A stretch of DNA of 63,827 bases, filler included, from Octopus bimaculoides (taxonomy: Eukaryota): assembly GCF_001194135.2 (NCBI RefSeq). It is 7 parts of 7 records of this genome, joined end to end, with 100 filler letters (N's around TTAATTAATTAA, not from the genome) between each part and the next. Parts side by side here need not be neighbours in the genome. Positions count along the whole stretch, not along the records: positions 40,639 to 53,758 come from NC_068999.1; positions 53,859 to 59,169 come from NC_069006.1; positions 59,270 to 61,072 come from NW_026336856.1; positions 61,173 to 62,554 come from NW_026329227.1; positions 62,655 to 63,827 come from NC_068982.1; 2 more parts are not named here. The stretch is one strand, 5' to 3'. The notes under the pieces were generated by a model. The model made no database searches. It saw nothing but the letters and a program-made list of their open reading frames with translations, and was not told where the DNA came from. Below are positions 53,501 through 63,827 of the stretch, piece by piece. A program made the translations under genes and the position numbers. Within the stretch, counting starts at the first letter, position 1. Every line of letters starts with the position of its first letter.

Positions 53501-53735
53501 CTACCTTGATTAACTTATTAACCCATTTCTCAGCAAGGTGTATACTCATGCCCCCAACCCTATTACTGTTCCCTCTCCAGAAATTCTTATACCTATATTC
53601 TTTGCCTGTGAGGAACCTAGCAAAACTTCCTCTCCACCTTACTTCTTGGATGCAACACTAATCTACGCATCTCCGTTCAAGCGTCTCAACAATCTCACCA
53701 GAGCTACCTTTCAATGTGACAGCACTAAGAGCACC
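50568..53735 (-). mobile_element. Near-complete decayed RTE-clade non-LTR retrotransposon (APE endonuclease + RT + 3'UTR)
   Basis: Minus-strand fragments read TLKGSSGEIVETLERRCVD*CCIQEVRWRG and TIISSYAPQ (APE), then QFGFVPWRCTTDAIILVRQLQ, AFVYMENAFDRVPR and ELRYADDLALIAES (RT), then RRLHWYGHVLCM and GRGRPRKAWDEVV (C-terminus). Many stops and frameshifts. The 3'UTR begins the motif shared with the short repeats below. Confidence 0.93.
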
Positions 53736-54205
53736 ATATATATATATATATATATATANNNNNNNNNNNNNNNNNNNNNNNNNNNNNNNNNNNNNNNNNN
53801 NNTTAATTAATTAANNNNNNNNNNNNNNNNNNNNNNNNNNNNNNNNNNNNNNNNNNNNCTTCGCACCCCCCCCCCATCCTTACCTTCCTCTTAAGCCATT
53901 ATCAACTGGAAACATCAAAAGAACCTGTGAACAGACACGGAAAGTGGGTGTGTGTGTATGTCGGCGTGTGTGTGTCATATGTGTGTAAGTGTGTATATGT
54001 GTGCGTGTCTTTAAACATGTACATGCACATGCATGCGTTTGCTTGTATATTTATATACACATATATGTATATATGTGTGCATCAGCGTGTGTGCGTATTC
54101 ATTTATGCACATACATACACATGTACTTCCATATATATATATATATATATATATTTCCATCTAGGCGTGTATATGTATCTATAAAAAACACTTGTGTATA
54201 TAATG

Positions 54206-54244
<39 letters not shown>

Positions 54245-54263
54245 NNNNNNNNNNNNNNNNNNN

Positions 54264-54327
<64 letters not shown>

Positions 54328-56304
54328 TAACATTCTTGTTACTACAATCGTTGTTGTTGTTGTTGTTGTTGTTGTTGTTGAGACGCTGACTTAGCAAATA
54401 CTGTAGCTGTCCAACTGTAATTTTATGCAAAATATTCATTTTCTTTTTCTCTTGCGACATTTTGCGTTCAATTTTAGCTTGGGTTCATTTGGGTCTTATT
54501 CACTCGCTATATATATATAGGCACAATAAGAAAATTACTCTCCCCAGACACAACAGAATATGCTTCAACACACGAAATCACATAAAAAATCTTGCAAACC
54601 AAATCCAAAAACGAAATATATATATATACTCTTTTACTCTTTTACTCTTTTACTTGTTTNNNNNNNNNNTCAGTCTTTTGACTGTGGCCATGCTGGAGCA
54701 ATATATATATATATATATACTAAATATATGTGCGTGTGTGCTTTTCATGTGTATGATATTAAACCACATTTGGTGGAGAGGCTCCAGTTGAGGCGTTTTG
54801 GGAATTGTAGGGGAGCGTGGAGTCAGCCCCTAATTATCATTAGTCCCAGATCTGTTCTGATCTGGAACCGTATTACCGGTCGGTCTCCCATTTCTGCGTA
54901 AAACAGATTTCCTAGGAGTTGAGGAGTTTCCCATTATTTTTGACAACGCCATAAGGAAGACAGCTCTTCACTGGGCAGAAGTGTTGTAGAAGCTTTTGAC
55001 GCTTAAATCCAAAGACGTACAGATGTTTTGTTATCTCTTCATTTCCTGGTCTATTTTGTAAAGTCCGACGACAAAAGTCATATTCGCGCACATGGGTGGG
55101 GGTGAAAATACATCAGGACAACAAGAGCTGAACGTGAAGTGGCTGTCTTCTGACAAGATGAGGCAGTCATCATGCATCTATGTATGCTGATGTTTTATGA
55201 GAAAAACGGGTAAGTAAAAAAGAATATATATATATACGATGGGATTCTTTCAGTTTCCCTCTACCAAATGCACTCACAATGCTCAAGCTATAATAAAAGA
55301 CAGTTGGCCAAGGCTCCACACTGTGAGATTGAACCTAGAACCATGTGGCTGGGAGGGAAGCTTCTTACCAAAGAGCCATGCCACAGTCACATTCTTATAA
55401 AGAGACGTTATAGACGAAATATTCTAAGAGGACATGGAACCTTGATCGGAAAGGAGGGAGGGGGAGGCGAAGGGTTGTTCGGTCTTTGGAATTGGCAACG
55501 CGGAATTCCAATTATGAACTTTCTTTTAATCACTTTTCCTTCCTTCGCCATTCTTTTGGAATGTTCGTTAAAATATGTTAACACGTGCGTGCAGACACAC
55601 TCAAACAGATACAGGCGCATGCATACGGTACGGCCTACAGACCCAGACATACGTACGTACAGACATACATACATACACATACACACACGCATACACACAT
55701 GCATACATGCATACACACACATATATACGTATATACATACACACACAATCACACACATACATACATACATACACACATACATATACGTACATACATATAT
55801 ACATACATGCATATATGCATATATACATGCATACACACATACATACACATATGAATATTTATATACATATATATTTACATATATATATATTATGTATATG
55901 TATATATACATATATGTGTGTGTGTGTATGTATGTGCATGTATATTTGTATGTATGTATGTATGTATGTATGTATGTATGTATAGAATGGAGACACAAAT
56001 GAAACTGGTTCGCATTCTCGCACTCCAATCGATTACTGGAACGGTGGATATTTCCAAAGCATTCCAAGGATTCCCTACTCGAAGTCCCGTGACTAAACAC
56101 AGGCTAGCAGTCGTCCGTCCTTCCGTCCGCGCACACACACACACACACACACACTCACACACACATACACACAAGCACTCACACATGCACGTGCGCACTT
56201 TGCATGGATCACGCATAGGTACTTGCGCGCTACAGAAGCATTCCCAGTTACTTGAAGAGTTCAATTTTGGCTCAAATACGCATTTATCATTCACATGCAC
56301 ACAA

Positions 56305-56362
<58 letters not shown>

Positions 56363-56827
56363 CAGCTAATTCAGATGTCCACAAACCCCAAGAGTTTATT
56401 TGGCTTAAACAAGAGACCCTTGTAATGGCTTTGTTAATGGCTAGCTTTTCACAATATTAGATGAAAAAAAATTAATTCATACATGCCTACGTACACAAAA
56501 ACACACCTATACAAATATACATATATCTACATACACACACACACACATATGTATATATATACTTACACGTGCACACATATATTATGTGTGTATATGTACA
56601 TATATATATATATATATATGGATACATTCATTTACACACACACACAAACACACACACACACGTGTAATGCGTACTTATATTTATATAAATACATATATAT
56701 GTGTGTGTATGTTAATATGTATATTTCTATATACTCTTAAGTCGACAAGTACTTTGAATATATTGAACGTGTACAAGGATCTNNNNNNNNNNGAATATAT
56801 TGAACGTGTACAAGGATCTACACGTGC

Positions 56828-56869
<42 letters not shown>

Positions 56870-57697
56870 GCCATGCATATGTATATATGTATGAGCGTTC
56901 CTTTTAGGAGTGTTTATGTATGCATGTACTTGTATATGTTACATCATGAACTTTGGTACAGTTGAACGCAGTCCTCACACACACACGTGCACACACACAC
57001 AAACTGATGCACGCACACACACACACGAGCTGAAAATGGCTTATCGCTAACTTTGAGTAAATTTTGAACCAAATTCATTGATGTCGATTTTGATTAATTT
57101 TAAAGCAACAAATTTAATATACACAAATGCATATATACATACGTACGTGCACACATTCACACCCGTGTGTGTGTGTGTATGCGTGCGTACAAAAACCGGG
57201 ACAAGATTACCTAATATAAGATAAAGCGAGTTCATTATCTTAATTGTGTGGTTATTATAAACAGCTCCAGAGATAAGGTTATGAAGGCAGCACATTATAT
57301 GCCAGTTATGAGCCCTAATAGATGAGTATCTGTTTGTACGAGGTGATCCCCCACACAGTTACCGAGGTACTTGGGGGATAGAAGAGAAAACCAAGAAAGA
57401 GCGATTTGAACGATCCTTTTTTAAAAAAAAATAATAATAAATAAGACATGGGGATTTCAAGAATTTGTCCACAGTTTGTGTTTAAGATAGAAGTAAAAAG
57501 TAAGCAGTAGCGTCAACGATTCTTTCTGGGGTTTGGGGTAGATGTGAATCTGTGTTCGTGGGTGCATATCTGTATGTGCGTACAGATATTTTGATCAAGG
57601 CATTTCTGTCTCCGTGTCCCTCTGTCTCTCCAAACCATGGCCCCAGCATGGCCGAAGTCTGATGACTAGAACTAGTGAAAGATAAAAGATAAAAGAT

Positions 57698-57738
<41 letters not shown>

Positions 57739-58390
57739 NNNNNNNNNNNNNNNNNNNNNNNNNNNNNNNNNNNNNNNNNNNNNNNNNNNNNNNNNNNNNN
57801 NNNNNNNNNNNNNNNNNNNNNNNNNNNNNNNNNNNNNNNNNNNNNNNNNNNNNNNNNNNNNNNNNNNNNNNNNNNNNNNNNNNNNNNNNNNNNNNNNNNN
57901 NNNNNNNNNNNNNNNNNNNNNNNNNNNNNNNNNNNNNNNNNNNNNNNNNNNNNNNNNNNNNNNNNNNNNNNNNNNNNNNNNNNNNNNNNNNNNNNNNNNN
58001 NNNNNNNNNNNNNNNNNNNNNNNNNNNNNNNNNNNNNNNNNNNNNNNNNNNNNNNNNNNNNNNNNNNNNNNNNNNNNNNNNNNNNNNNNNNNNNNNNNNN
58101 NNNNNNNNNNNNNNNNNNNNNNNNNNNNNNNNNNNNNNNNNNNNNNNNNNNNNNNNNNNNNNNNNNNNNNNNNNNNNNNNNNNNNNNNNNNNNNNNNNNN
58201 NNNNNNNNNNNNNNNNNNNNNNNNNNNNNNNNNNNNNNNNNNNNNNNNNNNNNNNNNNNNNNNNNNNNNNNNNNNNNNNNNNNNNNNNNNNNNNNNNNNN
58301 NNNNNNNNNNNNNNNNNNNNNNNNNNNNNNNNNNNNNNNNNNNNNNNNNNNNNNNNNNNNNNNNNNNNNNNNNNNNNNNNNNNNNNNNNN

Positions 58391-58448
<58 letters not shown>

Positions 58449-58910
58449 ACACAGGCGCAATATAGCCGCAGACTTAAGGTAGCGAGCTGGCAGAATCGTT
58501 AGCACGCCGGGTAAAACGCTTGGTGGAAACTGCGTCAGTTTTCACGTTCTGCGTTCAAATTTTTATATGTATGCAATCATGTATGTATGTATGTATGTAT
58601 GCATGTATGCGTGCATGTATGTAAGTATGTGTGTATGCCTGTATGTATGCCTGTTATCTATGATGCAGTGTTGAACAATGAAGCCAGGATTTTCTAATAA
58701 AAGACTGGGTTCCTTTCTAACCAAAGTTTCGTCGTTGGAATCTTGGAATTCTGATAAAACGGTGAGGAATTACATGAAGAATATTTAGAAAATTCTTGCA
58801 TAGTTTTACATCGGGATTATAGATTCTATTTGCAGAGTGGGTGTGTGCGCACTCTGCATTGCATATATATATATGCGTATATACACGCGGGCACGCACAT
58901 ACACACATAC

Positions 58911-58966
<56 letters not shown>

Positions 58967-59509
58967 GTTGGAGTGGGTTTATGTTCACTTATAATGAAGA
59001 TAATTTTACATTAATCTGGTTGGTCACTCTATACTTTTGTAGAGTACAAATTTATCACTCTTATAAAAGAATACTATTGATAGTGACTTCGAAGTTTCGG
59101 CTACTTAAGCCATTCTCGAACTGTATATGTACATATATATATACATATACATATACATATATATATATANNNNNNNNNNNNNNNNNNNNNNNNNNNNNNN
59201 NNNNNNNNNNNNNTTAATTAATTAANNNNNNNNNNNNNNNNNNNNNNNNNNNNNNNNNNNNNNNNNNNNTATGCCTACGTAACATTAGCGGTTCGGCAAA
59301 ACATACTGATAGAATACGTGCAAGGCTTACAAAGCACAATCCTGGTTTCGATTTGTTTGACTAGAGGCGGTGCTCCAGCATGGCCGCAGTCAAATGACTG
59401 AAACAAGGAAAAGTATCGAAGAATAAAAGAATACACAAACACACACGCACATATATATATGTATGTATATATACATATATATACATGTATGTATATATAT
59501 ATACACATG

Positions 59510-59554
<45 letters not shown>

Positions 59555-60263
59555 NNNNNNNNNNNNNNNNNNNNNNNNNNNNNNNNNNNNNNNNNNNNNN
59601 NNNNNNNNNNNNNNNNNNNNNNNNNNNNNNNNNNNNNNNNNNNNNNNNNNNNNNNNNNNNNNNNNNNNNNNNNNNNNNNNNNNNNNNNNNNNNNNNNNNN
59701 NNNNNNNNNNNNNNNNNNNNNNNNNNNNNNNNNNNNNNNNNNNNNNNNNNNNNNNNNNNNNNNNNNNNNNNNNNNNNNNNNNNNNNNNNNNNNNNNNNNN
59801 NNNNNNNNNNNNNNNNNNNNNNNNNNNNNNNNNNNNNNNNNNNNNNNNNNNNNNNNNNNNNNNNNNNNNNNNNNNNNNNNNNNNNNNNNNNNNNNNNNNN
59901 NNNNNNNNNNNNNNNNNNNNNNNNNNNNNNNNNNNNNNNNNNNNNNNNNNNNNNNNNNNNNNNNNNNNNNNNNNNNNNNNNNNNNNNNNNNNNNNNNNNN
60001 NNNNNNNNNNNNNNNNNNNNNNNNNNNNNNNNNNNNNNNNNNNNNNNNNNNNNNNNNNNNNNNNNNNNNNNNNNNNNNNNNNNNNNNNNNNNNNNNNNNN
60101 NNNNNNNNNNNNNNNNNNNNNNNNNNNNNNNNNNNNNNNNNNNNNNNNNNNNNNNNNNNNNNNNNNNNNNNNNNNNNNNNNNNNNNNNNNNNNNNNNNNN
60201 NNNNNNNNNNNNNNNNNNNNNNNNNNNNNNNNNNNNNNNNNNNNNNNNNNNNNNNNNNNNNNN

Positions 60264-60350
<87 letters not shown>

Positions 60351-60669
60351 TATACACATATATTCTTCTTATTTTTTCTATATATATATATATAGAGAGA
60401 TATATATATATATACACACATATATTCTTATATATATATAAATATATATATATATATGTATATATATGCATATATATACTTTGCCCAATTGAATGGGGTT
60501 GTTTTGTTAGAACAACGAATACTGCTTTATTTATCTCGAGAGAGCCTCTCATAAGGTCTCGGCTTCCAGAAAAGCGATCTTATATTGTTCATATATACAT
60601 GAATGTATGTGTGTGTGTATGTATATATATATATGTATGTATGTTTACACGCATAAATTATATATTTAC

Positions 60670-60838
60670 CAGCGGTTCCCAACCTTTCCACTATCAAGGA
60701 CCCCTTTTATTTAAATGTTTTCCTACGGACCCCTTTTATTAAGCTTATGCTCATGTATATAATATATGAAATTTTGAATTTAGCTCACGCCCCCACCACC
60801 CCGTGCTACCTGTGAGGACCACAGGTTGCGAACCATTG
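60670..60838. mobile_element. hAT (Charlie-like) MITE
   Basis: Ends CAGCGGTTCCCAAC ... GTTGCGAACCATTG. A similar element lies at about 38216-38473 (tggttctcaaac..gttgagaactg), and a lone left end at 1076-1110 follows tctagag. Confidence 0.65.
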
Positions 60839-61679
60839 ATATATATCTCTTTTCAGGTTTGTTGGAATGAGACAAAATGAGAGTAGTTTTTATATATTTA
60901 AGTGGTTCACATATTTTTAGAGAAACTATGAACCATGTATACATACATACATACAGATATATATACATACATACGTACAAACACATACATACCTGCACAC
61001 AAACATGCATACATATATAGGCGCATATTTAGGAATTTTCATGTATGTATGTATATATATATATATATATATNNNNNNNNNNNNNNNNNNNNNNNNNNNN
61101 NNNNNNNNNNNNNNNNTTAATTAATTAANNNNNNNNNNNNNNNNNNNNNNNNNNNNNNNNNNNNNNNNNNNNCTTGTTTTAAGACTAACATGGGCTAATT
61201 AAAGAATATTAATTGAATAAGGGTTAGATTTATTTTGGGCATAAGGATTAGATTTATTTAAGCTAAAAATACAAAATAAACAAGACACTATCCCTACAAG
61301 CCCTGAAATAATGTAATAATAATAATGATCCTTTTAGAGTCAAGCATTTAATAAAAAAAAATTCTTTTTAAATAAGATAAAAAATTTTAATTAGGGGAAC
61401 TAATTAAAACCATTTAGAACTTATGAAACTTCCTATTCTTATAAGCTATATAGGGTTAAGATCCATATTAAGAACTAACAGCATTAGCAGAAGTGGTGTG
61501 AAAAAATATCTTTCATGGAGTAAAGTTGAAATCTTATTTATCACAAGAAGATTATATGTTAAGGTGAGAGATCAGAAATATATGTTATAAAGGTTCAATT
61601 TCCAATATAAAATATGCGCTAATTAATAGCCCTAGATGACCATGGTAGAAGTTAAAATACTATATTTTGATAATTTTAA

Positions 61680-62380
61680 CTACTTTTTAAAAAATTTAAA
61701 AGTGCGAGTAGAGCAGTGTACACATGATACTCTAAGGTCTAATCTATTATTGATTAGATTAGGATTATTTCTAAGTTTAAAAATTTCATATATTTCCATA
61801 GAACATAATTCACATCCATATCTACTATTTCTATAAGGTTGAGTTTTTCTTATAATTTCCCATTTAAGGCTAAAATTAATACCATTATCTTTTAACTCCC
61901 AAATTTTGCTTGCTAATGTCGTACTATTTGCCTTATGTCTTAGTCTAAAAGAAGACTTCTGGTTATATATTCTCTATTTCACATTAATACTATATCCTAT
62001 GTAAATATAATTCTCGGTTATTGTACTTATAATGCATCTGTACACTACGTTACGGGTGCAACAATTTCCTAATAACGGATAATGGGACTTATTTCTGAAG
62101 TTGCACCTAGTGGTGCTATCAACCTCACCTATATTATTTCTAATATCTCTATTATTATTATTACAATTATTTACACTAATATTATTTATCAATTCATCAA
62201 TTCTATTAGGTATATTTTGATCATTTCCATCATTATTTAACCCGTTTCCTGATGTGCTATCAGTTAGAATTATTCCTCCAACATTAGGCATATTGATATT
62301 ATATGAACTAGGTCCCTGATTCCTATTATTTTCTTTGGAGTTGAGCCTCTTCCCACTTGGATTTGAAATGTTGCCACAAT
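61680..62380 (-). mobile_element. Penelope-like element remnant encoding a GIY-YIG endonuclease
   Basis: TTRCNFRNKSHYPLLGNCCTRNVVYRCIISTITENYIYIGYSINVK*RIYNQKSSFRLRHKANSTTLASKIWELKDNGINFSLKWEIIRKTQPYRNSRYGCELCSMEIYEIFKLRNNPNLINNRLDLRVSCVH is a typical PLE GIY-YIG plus C-terminal region. One in-frame stop at 61974-61976. Confidence 0.88.
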
Positions 62381-63664
62381 TATAATATGTCTATTCTACT
62401 GTAATTTTCTATATTTTCGTGCAGCTGAAGAATGCTCTACATATTGCATTTAATGTAATGCTCGCATTACTTAAATAAATGGAGTATCAGGAAACGTGCG
62501 TACAGCAATCATCTTTAAAATCCGTGTTGCTTATTTTGATTTTTTGATCACCTCNNNNNNNNNNNNNNNNNNNNNNNNNNNNNNNNNNNNNNNNNNNNTT
62601 AATTAATTAANNNNNNNNNNNNNNNNNNNNNNNNNNNNNNNNNNNNNNNNNNNNTATATATATATATATATATATGTATATATAGTTGAAATTTTACTCC
62701 CCTCATCTCCTTTGCAAATATAATTTTGATATTGTAAATTATTATCCTTTTATTATTTAAGAATTACTGCAATATATCACTTAGTTTTTGCCGAAAACTG
62801 GTTACAGGTGATGGCAGCTCATTGCAGCATTCATTAGAAAACCAGGTGAATCATCATGCAGGAGCCGATCTTACTACATGATATCTAATTTTAACTTCGC
62901 GCCCATGCTAGCTTTGCTTTTCATTCCTTTATGATCAGGAAGAAAGTTTCACTTCACACTGGATTCGTTTCTTCTCGATGATCATGATGGCCGACTCTTC
63001 ATTTTCCGCCTCTCGATTAGTTCAGCAATTGCTTTTATAATTATATATGTATAAATATTTGTGCGAGTCGATGCGTGTATGTGTGTGTGTGCGTGCGCGT
63101 GTGTATAAAAAAGTATTGTTGACTCGAGGCCTAGGACACAAGTGACTGAGATCATAACATAAGCACACAACAATCATAAAAACTGAGATTCGCCGAATTG
63201 ATGTCGACGCCTCTGAAGAGAAGCCAATAAGATTCGAAATTCAATTAAGGATGTTCTTCAGTTTTTCAATCTACGAAGAAACAGCTAAATTAACTCCATT
63301 TATATAGGTTAGATATTTATAAATATAAAAGAATATATCTTTTCTTCCGAATCTACCAAAATACGAAAGACGTCAATAAGCAACGTAGGTTTAAACTCAC
63401 AGACAGTTCTATTTAACATTTCAGCCACATGTTTTATATATCCTGCCATGTGGGTGTATATAACAATATCCAATTCAAGCGTCTTTTTCTTTTTGTCATC
63501 CGCAGAAGAAAATTCGGAATATATTTAACTTATACACCCACATATCAAGGACATGAACGCGCCCGGGTATATAACGCGTAGTTATGTTATTATATAATTA
63601 TGTTCGTTTAATTCTGTTAGATTATAAGGTTATATAATATAATATAATATAATATAATATATAC

Positions 63665-63695
<31 letters not shown>

Positions 63696-63827
63696 TGTTT
63701 GTGTATGTATAAGTCAGTACGTGTATGCATGTTTCTGTGTGTTTGAATGCTTCTATAAATGGATACAGTATATATAAACGTTTGTATATATGTATGTGTG
63801 TGCGTGTATATATATATATATATATAT

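Noticed and set aside
55986-56096. Possible terminal exon NGDTNETGSHSRTPIDYWNGGYFQSIPRIPYSKSRD*
   Set aside because: No recognisable homology, and the acceptor sits in (TATG)n without a pyrimidine tract.
59085-59125. GGC-loop-GCC GAAAC motif on the minus strand as a hammerhead
   Set aside because: No CUGANGA-like core or stem I; at most an eroded PLE end.
61173-61680. Mitochondrial insertion (NUMT)
   Set aside because: AT-rich, but I recognise no mitochondrial rRNA or protein motif; it lies directly downstream of the Penelope ORF and is more simply its 3' region.

Overview
AT-rich, microsatellite- and retroelement-dense animal genomic DNA from a gapped draft assembly. The repeat families look like those of octopus (coleoid cephalopod); this is an inference from recalled repeat sequences, not a database result. 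The only convincing host gene is a fragment of a long-tailed class I myosin (MYO1E/F-like) on the + strand. It has two clean exons (22622-22750, 23574-23663) separated by a textbook U12-type minor-spliceosome intron, plus a possible upstream start exon. The rest is tRNA-headed SINEs, many 3'-UTR pieces and one near-complete decayed copy of an RTE LINE, R4/Dong-like LINE tails in (TAA)n, a Penelope GIY-YIG remnant, a deleted Tc1/mariner element, piggyBac- and hAT-type MITEs, and simple repeats. Three long foldback inverted repeats (about 19.1k, 32.5k and 49.8k) carry hammerhead-ribozyme-like folds typical of Penelope-like element ends. One has a G3:C8 compensatory core swap and is the most interesting signal. 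Six 44N-TTAATTAATTAA-44N linkers mark artificial joins, so synteny across them is unreliable. Almost all long ORFs in the supplied track are artefacts of microsatellites or N gaps. Repeat boundaries are approximate and read by eye.
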